A stretch of DNA of 64,000 nt. Origin: an uncultured Gammaproteobacteria bacterium. GTDB taxonomy: Bacteria > Patescibacteriota > Microgenomatia > Daviesbacterales > UBA10151. The stretch's first letter is position 1. Each line of letters opens with the position of its first letter. The stretch spans positions 1,902 through 65,901 of the forward strand of contig CAYQAW010000005.1 in NCBI GenBank assembly GCA_964415615.1, given 5' to 3'. Under the pieces are notes generated by a model. The model ran no database searches, was not told where the DNA came from, and worked only from the letters and a program-made list of their open reading frames with translations. The position numbers and the translations under genes are program-made. Shown here one piece after another: positions 9,105 to 17,530 of the stretch.

Positions 9105-10504
9105 GAATTTATAACACACTAACCAAAAAAGTAGAGGACCTTATTCCTTTAAATCCCCCAAAGGTGGGAATGTACGCCTGTGGTCCGACAGTTTATGATT
9201 ACTCCCACATTGGGCATTTAAGAAAATATGTAAGTGATGATATTTTAAGAAGAGTTTTGGAAAACAGTGGTTATGAAGTTAAGCATGTGATGAATATTAC
9301 TGATGTTGGACACTTGGTTTCTGATGAAGACTCTGGTGAGGATAAGATGGAAAAAGGAGCAAGGGAATCTGGGAGGACTGTTTGGGAAGTGGCTAAGTTT
9401 TATGAAGATTATTTTTGGAAATCAGTAGATACTGTAAATACAAAAAGACCAAGTATAGTTGCCAAAGCCACAGATCATATTGAAGAACAAGTTAAGTTAA
9501 TCCAAAAACTAGAAAAAAATGGGTTTATTTATCAAACAGATCAGGCAATTTATTTTGATATTTCCAAATTTCCTAATTACACCAAATTATCTGGACAAAA
9601 ATTAGAAGAAAAAGAAATTGGAGCAAGAGAAGATGTAGTCATAGATAAACAAAAGAAAAGTCCAGTGGACTTTGCCCTGTGGTTTTTTACTGTTGGGCAT
9701 TTTGAGGGCCATAGCATGAGATGGCCTTCTCCTTGGGGTGAAGGATTTCCTGGTTGGCACATAGAGTGTTCTGCTATGAGTATGGAATACTTGGGGGATT
9801 CTTTTGAAGTCCATACAGGAGGAATAGATCATATTCCTGTTCATCATACCAATGAGATTGCCCAATCTGAGGCAGCTACAGGAAAACCCTTTGTTAAATA
9901 TTGGGTTCATCATAATTTCTTAATAGTAGATGGAGAAAAAATGTCCAAGTCCAAGAAGAATTTTTATAGAATTGATGAGATTATAGAGAAAGGTTTTGAT
10001 CCTTTGGCTTTAAGATATTTATTTCTAACAGCTCACTACAGAGATAAATTAAATTTTACCTGGGAATCTTTACAAGCTGCCCAAAATGCTTTGAATAACT
10101 TAAGGGAAACTGTCAGGAATTGGGAGCAGCCAAAGATTGGTTGTGCTCAATTTGAGCAGGATTTTACAGCAGCAATAAACAATGATTTAAATACCCCACA
10201 AGCACTAGCAGTTTTATGGGAACTAGTTAAGAGTGACTATCCAACTTCAGCTAAAGCCAAAACTATTTTAGAAATGGATAAAATTTTAGGGCTAAAATTA
10301 GATGAATATTTAGACAAAAAGATAGAAGTTCCAGAAGAGGTACAAGAGCTTGTTAACCAAAGAGAAAAGGTAAGAAAATCAGGAGACTTTAAAGCCTCAG
10401 ATGAGCTGCGTCATCAAATCAAAAAGCTAGGATATGAAATAGAAGACACTCCAACTGGACCAAAAATTAAAGGTTTAGTTGATATAAGACTCCTTCCGTG
10501 TTAA
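9101..10504 (+). CDS. cysS: Cysteinyl-tRNA synthetase
   Basis: CGPTVY, HIGH, PGWHIECSAM and KMSKS motifs. Confidence 0.97.
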   Translation: MRIYNTLTKKVEDLIPLNPPKVGMYACGPTVYDYSHIGHLRKYVSDDILRRVLENSGYEVKHVMNITDVGHLVSDEDSGEDKMEKGARESGRTVWEVAKFYEDYFWKSVDTVNTKRPSIVAKATDHIEEQVKLIQKLEKNGFIYQTDQAIYFDISKFPNYTKLSGQKLEEKEIGAREDVVIDKQKKSPVDFALWFFTVGHFEGHSMRWPSPWGEGFPGWHIECSAMSMEYLGDSFEVHTGGIDHIPVHHTNEIAQSEAATGKPFVKYWVHHNFLIVDGEKMSKSKKNFYRIDEIIEKGFDPLALRYLFLTAHYRDKLNFTWESLQAAQNALNNLRETVRNWEQPKIGCAQFEQDFTAAINNDLNTPQALAVLWELVKSDYPTSAKAKTILEMDKILGLKLDEYLDKKIEVPEEVQELVNQREKVRKSGDFKASDELRHQIKKLGYEIEDTPTGPKIKGLVDIRLLPC

Positions 10505-10518
10505 AATGTACCCCTTAT

Positions 10519-11001
10519 ATGTCAAAGGAAGTTGTTGCAAGTTATTCTCTGAAATGTGAAGGTGTTAGCCCAACTGAGGTTGCTCCTTTACTAGATCATC
10601 CTGCAGAGCCAAGTTTAACTATCTTCAAAGATGGGTCTAGATCCGTAGGTTGCCCATATTTATTTTCAGGGGTATGCTATGCTTCAGAATCTTCAAAATC
10701 AATATGTACACAACTTTTTCCTGAAACTAATACAGGCATGCCTCAACAGTTTGGACAACATGATAGGCCATTGAAAAATGATGTAGTAGAAGTAGACGGT
10801 GAAAGATTAGGTAGTTTGAGATTACAACACCATTTAACTTTGAGGATCTTAGGTCGAGCAGCAAGAATTAGTGTATCCACATTATCGCAATTGGAAAATG
10901 GAAAAACGACAAGATTAGGTCATCCTAAAGCTGAACGATTAGCACATGCTCTAGGAGTCGATTTAGAACAATTTAGACAAGTAGCTCAGGAAAATAAATA
11001 A
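10519..11001 (+). CDS. XRE-family HTH protein with Cys-rich N-terminal region
   Basis: C-terminal LRLQHHLT..ISVSTLSQLENGK..LAHALGV; four Cys in N-terminal half. Confidence 0.75.
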   Translation: MSKEVVASYSLKCEGVSPTEVAPLLDHPAEPSLTIFKDGSRSVGCPYLFSGVCYASESSKSICTQLFPETNTGMPQQFGQHDRPLKNDVVEVDGERLGSLRLQHHLTLRILGRAARISVSTLSQLENGKTTRLGHPKAERLAHALGVDLEQFRQVAQENK

Positions 11002-11121
11002 GAACCCCATTCCCATATAATCTTGGACGTGAACATTTTGGTTAAAAGTTCATTTTGTTTTCGATCGAAAAATTTTGTCACAAAAAACGCCAGTGGTTTT
11101 GGTGGTATAATATTACTTAAT

Positions 11122-11416
11122 ATGAAATTAAAGATTGCTCAAATTAAAGAAAAAGTTGTGCCTATTTTAAAAGGAGCAGAGGTAACCCGCTCATCTATTT
11201 TTGGTTTCTATGTCCGTGCTTGCGTGATAGAATCCTGGATGAGCAGGTTCGCATTCTATGATAAAAGACCCACAAATTTTTCTTTCAGATATGAGAAGTA
11301 CGCTTATACGCGGTTATTTTCAAGTAGATCTTGATATTATTTGGGATATGAGTACAAATGATCTGCCATTATTTAAGAAACAAATTAAAGAACTTCTCGA
11401 AGAAACAAAAAAATAG
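11122..11416 (+). pseudogene. Collapsed MNT-HEPN (nucleotidyltransferase/DUF86) TA remnant
   Basis: MNT-like start IKEKVVPILK..VTRSSIFGFYVR at 11122; HEPN-like end MRSTLIRGYFQVDLDIIWD..DLPLFKKQI at 11291-11416 in another frame. Confidence 0.75.
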
Positions 11417-11419
11417 ACC

Positions 11420-12070
11420 ATGGGAACAGAAGTAGTTACAATTGATGGTCCAACCAGCTCCGGCAAGAATAGTGTCGGATTTTTACTCTCTCAAAAGTTA
11501 GGCTACCAATATATTGATTCAGGTTCTATTTACCGCTCTGGCTGTATTTTAATTTTACGCAATAATATATCCTTACAGGATTTAGAAAAAATTGTTGATG
11601 TATTTAGTAATCTTCAGATAGAAACCCGAGACCAAAGATTTCTTGTAAATGGTGAAGATTTTACAGATCATTTACATGATCCAGAAGTTACTAAACTGGT
11701 TCCAATTATTGCTGCAATAAGAGAGGTAAGGGAGGCTGTAAAAGTGATTCAATATAAATTAGTAAGCTCCAAAAGTACAGTGATGACAGGCAGGGATATT
11801 GGTTCAGAAATTTTTCCTCAAGCCCATCATAAATTCTACTTAACAGCAGATGTTAAAATAAGAGCCCAAAGAAGATTCAAACAACTTGTTAAAAAAGATC
11901 CAAGTGTAAAATATGAGGATGTGTTAAAAAATATGGAAGATAGAGACAAACAAGATGAAACAAGAGAAGTATCACCTTTAAGAATTCCAGAAAATGCAAT
12001 AGTTGTTGATAACTCAAATTTAGACGTTGAACAAACAGTGGAGGAAATGCTAAAACATATCAATGTATAA
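11420..12070 (+). CDS. cmk: Cytidylate kinase
   Basis: IDGPTSSGK, DSGSIYR, GRDIGS and RAQRR motifs. Confidence 0.95.
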   Translation: MGTEVVTIDGPTSSGKNSVGFLLSQKLGYQYIDSGSIYRSGCILILRNNISLQDLEKIVDVFSNLQIETRDQRFLVNGEDFTDHLHDPEVTKLVPIIAAIREVREAVKVIQYKLVSSKSTVMTGRDIGSEIFPQAHHKFYLTADVKIRAQRRFKQLVKKDPSVKYEDVLKNMEDRDKQDETREVSPLRIPENAIVVDNSNLDVEQTVEEMLKHINV

Positions 12071-13325
12071 GATAAAGACATTATATAATGGTTTAACTTT
12101 AATAACTGTGGACATGTCACATCTTGACTCAGTTACTACTTTGATAGCAGTTGGTGCTGGTTCAAGGTATGAAACAAGAAAAATAAATGGTATCTCTCAT
12201 TTTTTGGAGCACATGTTTTTTAAAGGCTCTACCAAATATCCTAGCGCTGAGCAAATCTCTACTTTGGTAGATAGTATTGGGGCTGTAAATAATGCTGCCA
12301 CAGACAAAGAGGTAACTTATTACTGGATTAAATCTGCAGCAAAATACCTAGAACTTTCTACAGATATTCTTTCATCCATGGTTAAAGAATCGTTGCTTGC
12401 CAAGGAAGAAATCGAAAGAGAAAAAGGGGTAATTATAGAAGAGTTAAGAATGCTTAGGGATAATCCAGCCAGGCATATTTGGGATTTGTATGAAAGACTG
12501 CAATTTGGAGATCAGCCTTTGGGATGGGACATTGGAGGAGATGAAAAAACAATAATGTCTTTAAACAGAGATGATTTTGTTTCATATATGGATTCATTAT
12601 ATTCACCAAAGAATATGGCTTTAGTATATGCTGGAAAATTGCCAAAAAATATTGAAGAATTAGCCAGTAAATATTTTTCAAACCTATCTAAAAAACCAGT
12701 ATCTGTTTTTAATTCCTACAAAAAATCTAAACAATTAAAACCAAAAGTTGATATATTCTATAAAGCTACTGATCAAGCAAATCTTATTTTAGGGGTGGAA
12801 GGTTTTAGCAGGGATGATGAAAGACGTTTTGTTGCCAGGCTTTTGGGAGTAATTTTGGGTGAGGGAATGTCTTCCAGGTTGTTTATTCAAGTTAGGGAAA
12901 GAAGGGGCCTAGCTTATCATGTTAGCGCCAGTCATAGCAGCTATCAAGACACTGGTTCATTTGCTGTCTATGCTGGTTTGAAACTGGAAAAAGTTTATGA
13001 AGGGTTGGAAGTAATTTTAGCAGAGCTGCAGCTGCTTATAGCAGAAAAAGTTACAGATGATGAACTGAAAAAAGCCAAGCAAATGTTAAGAGGTAGGATT
13101 GCTCTGCAGTCTGAGTCAACAAACTTTCTGGCAGAATATTTTGGGACACAATTTGTTTTAGATAGAAAGGTAGAAACTTTTGATGAAATCTTACAAAAAA
13201 TGGATAAAGTCACCAAAGAGGATTTGCAAAAAATGGCACAAGAATTATTTGTAAAAGAAAACTTTAATTTGCAAGTGATTGGTCCTTTTAAGGAGAAAAG
13301 TAAGTTTGAAAAATTTTTCTCTTAA
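12063..13325 (+). CDS. M16 family zinc peptidase
   Basis: HFLEH inverted zinc motif; GMSSRLF..RERRGLAY. Confidence 0.95.
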   Translation: MYKIKTLYNGLTLITVDMSHLDSVTTLIAVGAGSRYETRKINGISHFLEHMFFKGSTKYPSAEQISTLVDSIGAVNNAATDKEVTYYWIKSAAKYLELSTDILSSMVKESLLAKEEIEREKGVIIEELRMLRDNPARHIWDLYERLQFGDQPLGWDIGGDEKTIMSLNRDDFVSYMDSLYSPKNMALVYAGKLPKNIEELASKYFSNLSKKPVSVFNSYKKSKQLKPKVDIFYKATDQANLILGVEGFSRDDERRFVARLLGVILGEGMSSRLFIQVRERRGLAYHVSASHSSYQDTGSFAVYAGLKLEKVYEGLEVILAELQLLIAEKVTDDELKKAKQMLRGRIALQSESTNFLAEYFGTQFVLDRKVETFDEILQKMDKVTKEDLQKMAQELFVKENFNLQVIGPFKEKSKFEKFFS

Positions 13326-13812
13326 GTCTTAAACCAATAAATAAAGCAATTCCTGCAACTGCAAATCCTCCCAGAATATCTTGTGGGTAGTGAACACCAA
13401 CAAATACTCTTGCTATTCCTACCCAAAGCATAATAGGGAGCAAAAGTAGTGCCCATTTTGATTTAAAGTAAGCGAAAGAAAAAGCAATTACAGCAGCAAT
13501 TGTGGCATGCCTTGATGGAAATGAGGCATCCATTTTTTCAGCCACAATAGGTAGAAAATTAAAAGCTACGAAGGGCCTATTCACATAAACAAAAAGATGA
13601 ATTATTTTTACAAGTAAAATTGTTACAGACAAGCCAATTAAAATCAGTAAAACAGCTTTTTTCTCTTTTGCTCCACCTTTGAAAGCCAGTATTAAACATA
13701 GTGCAAATACCAGATAAATTAGAGTTGTAGCTCCAAATATCATTACTTGATCTAAAATTGGGCTTTGTTTATTTAGATTAAATATTAAAAAAAATAGATC
13801 CTGATTGCTCAT
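13288..13812 (-). CDS. PAP2-family undecaprenyl-diphosphatase (BcrC-like)
   Basis: K..RP, SFPSRH and ARVFVGVHYPQD motifs; hydrophobic. Confidence 0.9.
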   Translation of the reverse strand: MSNQDLFFLIFNLNKQSPILDQVMIFGATTLIYLVFALCLILAFKGGAKEKKAVLLILIGLSVTILLVKIIHLFVYVNRPFVAFNFLPIVAEKMDASFPSRHATIAAVIAFSFAYFKSKWALLLLPIMLWVGIARVFVGVHYPQDILGGFAVAGIALFIGLRLKRKIFQTYFSP

Positions 13813-14159
13813 CTGCTAACGTATGGAAGGAAGACTATTATACCAATAACTGCAGAAGTAATAGCAGCTATCAAAACTGCTGCTGCTGAGATATCTTTAG
13901 CTAATTTTGCTCCTAGGTGTTCCTTATCTGTAAAAGCATCAACTACTGCCTCAATTGCAGTATTAGTAAGTTCTACAGAAATTACAAAACCCATCAAAAA
14001 AATAACAGTAATCCAGTCTTGCTTTGAGATTTTTAACAGAATAGAGATAGCAAGGACTACAATTCCAATTAAAAAATGAGTCTTTAAATTTGGTTCTTCT
14101 TTCAAAGCAGTTACAAGTCCTGCAAAAGCATATTTAAAAGAAAGTATCTTTCGGGACAT
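13809..14159 (-). CDS. dgkA: Diacylglycerol/undecaprenol kinase
   Basis: SFKYAFAG, ELTNTAIE and AKDISAAAV motifs. Confidence 0.93.
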   Translation of the reverse strand: MSRKILSFKYAFAGLVTALKEEPNLKTHFLIGIVVLAISILLKISKQDWITVIFLMGFVISVELTNTAIEAVVDAFTDKEHLGAKLAKDISAAAVLIAAITSAVIGIIVFLPYVSR

Positions 14160-14222
14160 AAGTTTAGTATACCATGATTTTCAGATTCTTGACTTATAGC
14201 CTGGATTTAGTTATATTAGGCT

Positions 14223-15620
14223 ATGGGAACTCGCATTAAAGAGAAATGTGGGATATTTGGAGTTTACGGGAAAGGTTTTGAGGCAGCCCGTTTAGTTCAT
14301 CCAGGCCTTTGGGCTCTTCAACACAGGGGTCAGGAATCTTCAGGAATTGCTTCCTCTGATGGAAGAAAGATTTATCTACATAAAGGTATGGGATTGGTAG
14401 CCCATGTTTTTGAAGAAAAAGATTTAAAGTATTTAAAAGGGTATTTAGCAATTGGTCATAACCGTTATTCCACCTCAGGGGACTCAAAAGTTTCTCATGC
14501 TCAACCTATTTTAGAAAAGATTTCTACAGGAAAGTATATAGCTTTAGTTCATAATGGTAATCTCCCTTCTGTTAAAAGTTTAGAAGAATTTCTCAAAAGT
14601 AAAAAAATTCCCACAAAAGGATTAAATGATTCAGAAATGATTGCAAAAGCTATTGCTTTTTATGCCAAAGATTTAAGTTTAGAAGAAGCTATTAAAAAAG
14701 CTTACCCACTTTTTACTGGAGTATTTTGTTTACTTATAATGGATGAGAAAAAAGTAATTGCAGTCAGGGACAGTTTTGGTATAAGGCCGCTCTCTTTAGG
14801 TAAGCTAAATGGAGGATTTATTGTTGCCTCAGAAACATGTGCTTTAGATATTGTGGGGGCACAGTTTCTAAGAGAAGTAAAACCTGGAGAGATGGTTGTT
14901 ATAGATGATAAAGGTTTAAAAAGTATTCAAGTAGAAAAAGGAAGTCAAAAATTGGATATTTTTGAATTTGTTTATTTTGCAAGACCAGATAGTATTTTAC
15001 TTGGACAGAGTGTTGATGCTGTAAGGCAAAATTTAGGGAAAGAATTGGCAAAAGAAAATAATCTAAAAGCCGATGTTGTTATACCTGTTCCAGATTCTGC
15101 TATCCCTGCTGCTATTGGATTTTCCAGGCAATCTGGTATTCCCTTTGAAATGGGGCTTATTAAAAACCGTTATATCCATAGAACCTTCATTTCTCCTGAA
15201 TCACATACCAGACAGAAAATAGTTCAACTAAAACTAAATCCAATGAAACATGTGCTCGCTGGTAAAAGGGTGATTGTCATTGATGATTCAATAGTAAGAG
15301 GAACAACTTCCAAACAGATTATTAAAATGATTAGAAATGCGGGAGCAAAAGAAGTTCATTTGCTGGTTTCTTCTCCACCAATGAAGTTTCCAGATTTTTA
15401 TGGTATTGATACTCCAGATCAAAAAGAATTAGTTGCAGCAGTAAAGACAATTGAACAAATTGGCAAAGAGCTGGGAGTAGATTCTATCCATTATTTATCA
15501 TATAAAGGTTTAATCAAAGCAACTGGTTTATCAGAGGATGTGCTATGCACAGCTTGTTTTACTGGAAATTATCCAGTTGATATAGGAGAAAGAAAAAAAG
15601 AAATTAGATATGATGTGTAG
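14223..15620 (+). CDS. purF: Amidophosphoribosyltransferase
   Basis: EKCGIFG, LQHRGQE, HNRYST and IDDSIVRGTT motifs. Confidence 0.97.
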   Translation: MGTRIKEKCGIFGVYGKGFEAARLVHPGLWALQHRGQESSGIASSDGRKIYLHKGMGLVAHVFEEKDLKYLKGYLAIGHNRYSTSGDSKVSHAQPILEKISTGKYIALVHNGNLPSVKSLEEFLKSKKIPTKGLNDSEMIAKAIAFYAKDLSLEEAIKKAYPLFTGVFCLLIMDEKKVIAVRDSFGIRPLSLGKLNGGFIVASETCALDIVGAQFLREVKPGEMVVIDDKGLKSIQVEKGSQKLDIFEFVYFARPDSILLGQSVDAVRQNLGKELAKENNLKADVVIPVPDSAIPAAIGFSRQSGIPFEMGLIKNRYIHRTFISPESHTRQKIVQLKLNPMKHVLAGKRVIVIDDSIVRGTTSKQIIKMIRNAGAKEVHLLVSSPPMKFPDFYGIDTPDQKELVAAVKTIEQIGKELGVDSIHYLSYKGLIKATGLSEDVLCTACFTGNYPVDIGERKKEIRYDV

Positions 15621-17505
15621 GTTAGCAGTTTTAATATCAAATAAAGGCACAGGTACTAATTTACAAGCAATCATCGATGGGGTAAAAAGCAAAAAAATAC
15701 AAGCAAAAATTGTAGCAGTTGTTAGTGATGCTCCAGATGTTCTAGGTCTGCAAAGAGCAAGAAAACATGAACTTCCTATCAAAATAGTGCCCAAAAAAGA
15801 AGAACTTTCAGGTGTATTAAAAAAATTAGATTTAGACTATATCTGTTTGGCAGGTTGGAAGCAGATTATTTTAGATGAGGCAATAGAGGCTTTTCCAAAT
15901 CGTATTTTAAATATTCACCCAGGACTTATACCAGATGATATAAAAGGAGAAGTGGTAAATCCAGATGGCACAGAGGGATTATGGAATAAGGGGAAATTAA
16001 CAGATTTGGCAATACAGCAATTTATAGAAAGTAAAGCTACTTATGCAGGTTCCACAATTCACTTTTTAACAAAAGAATTTGATTTTGGACCAGTTTTGGG
16101 AAGAGTTTTTGAAAAAGTTAAAAAAGGAGATACAGTTGAATCTTTATACAGCAGGCTTAAAGTTAAAGAAAATAAACTTTATGTAGAAGTGCTATCAAAA
16201 CTATGTAGTCAAAAAACAATATTAATTACTGATGGCGGTGGAAGAGGAGCAGCTTTAGTAGATAAATATGCTCAATTTAGTGATGTGGGCAGAATTTTAG
16301 TAGTACCAGGAAATGATTTAATGCAAATTAATACAAAAAAACCGGTTCTAACTTTTTCTAATTTGAAAACAACCAGTGTTAAAGAAATTTTAGAAATTTG
16401 TAAAAAAGAGAAAGTAGATTTTGTAGATGTTTCTCAGGACAATGCAGTGGAGGTTGGGATAGTGGATAGAGTAAGTAAATTAGGTATTGCTGTATTTGGG
16501 CCAACTAAAAAAGCAGGACAAATAGAATGGGATAAAGCCTGGGCTAGGGATTTTATGGAAAAATATGAAATTCCTTCTCCAAAATTTTATAAATTTACAT
16601 CAGAAAAAGATGGAATTGATTTTGTCAGTAAAAACTCTAATTCTAGATGGTTTGTGAAGGCTTCAGGTTTGGCAGAAGGAAAGGGAGCTATTCCAGCATC
16701 AGATCTAAATGAAGCAATCTCTGCCATCAAAGAGATGAAAAAGTTTGGATCTTCAGGTGAAACTTATTTATTGGAAGAATGGTTAGCTGGAGAAGAGTTT
16801 TCTGCATTTGCGCTGTGTGATGGAAAAGACTTTAAAATAGTTGGTTTTGCTCAAGATCATAAAAGGGTAAATGATAGAGACCTTGGACCAAATACTGGAG
16901 GAATGGGTTGTGTGAGCAATCCTTTAGTAATTTCAAATTACAAATTACAAATTTCAAATATTTTTAGGAAAACAGTTGAAGGATTAAGAAAAGAAAAAAG
17001 ACCTTACAAAGGAGTATTGTACTTAGGGGGAATCGTAGTTGGGGGTACGGTTTATATTATAGAGTTTAATGCCAGATGGGGAGACCCTGAGGCAGAAGTT
17101 TTGTTGCCAAGTATAAAAAATGATTTATATGAAGTAGCTTTAGCAATTATTGAAGGAAAAATAAATAAACTAAATCTGAAAGTTGATAAAAAAGTTAGGG
17201 TAGCAGTAGCAGCTTGCGCTAAAGGTTATCCTGTTGATTACTCTAAAGTAAAAGGTAAAAAAGTACTAGGAATTGAGAAAGCTCTAAATACCGGAGTTAA
17301 AGTTTATGGAGCAGGTGTTAAAAAAGTAGGACAAGATTTTGTAGTAAATGGTGGCAGGGTTTTATATGTAGTTGGTGAAGGAAAAAATATAATTGAGGCA
17401 AGAGAGAAAGCATATCAAGCTATGGAATTAATAAGCATTGAAGGGAATAATTTACATTTTAGAAAAGATATTGGCTGGAGGGATTTGAAGAGAATGGAAA
17501 ATTGA
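15610..17505 (+). CDS. purD: PurN-PurD fusion (GAR transformylase + GAR synthetase)
   Basis: N-terminal GTGTNLQAI, LAGW and NIHPG; C-terminal KASGLAEGKG, QDHKR, NTGGMG and EFNARWGDPE. Confidence 0.93.
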   Translation: MMCRLAVLISNKGTGTNLQAIIDGVKSKKIQAKIVAVVSDAPDVLGLQRARKHELPIKIVPKKEELSGVLKKLDLDYICLAGWKQIILDEAIEAFPNRILNIHPGLIPDDIKGEVVNPDGTEGLWNKGKLTDLAIQQFIESKATYAGSTIHFLTKEFDFGPVLGRVFEKVKKGDTVESLYSRLKVKENKLYVEVLSKLCSQKTILITDGGGRGAALVDKYAQFSDVGRILVVPGNDLMQINTKKPVLTFSNLKTTSVKEILEICKKEKVDFVDVSQDNAVEVGIVDRVSKLGIAVFGPTKKAGQIEWDKAWARDFMEKYEIPSPKFYKFTSEKDGIDFVSKNSNSRWFVKASGLAEGKGAIPASDLNEAISAIKEMKKFGSSGETYLLEEWLAGEEFSAFALCDGKDFKIVGFAQDHKRVNDRDLGPNTGGMGCVSNPLVISNYKLQISNIFRKTVEGLRKEKRPYKGVLYLGGIVVGGTVYIIEFNARWGDPEAEVLLPSIKNDLYEVALAIIEGKINKLNLKVDKKVRVAVAACAKGYPVDYSKVKGKKVLGIEKALNTGVKVYGAGVKKVGQDFVVNGGRVLYVVGEGKNIIEAREKAYQAMELISIEGNNLHFRKDIGWRDLKRMEN

Positions 17506-17530
17506 GAATTGAAAATGGAGAATTAATATC

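Noticed and set aside
11023-11334. 103-aa ORF as a real gene
   Set aside because: Chimeric frame running through a palindrome, an MNT start fragment and out-of-frame HEPN sequence.
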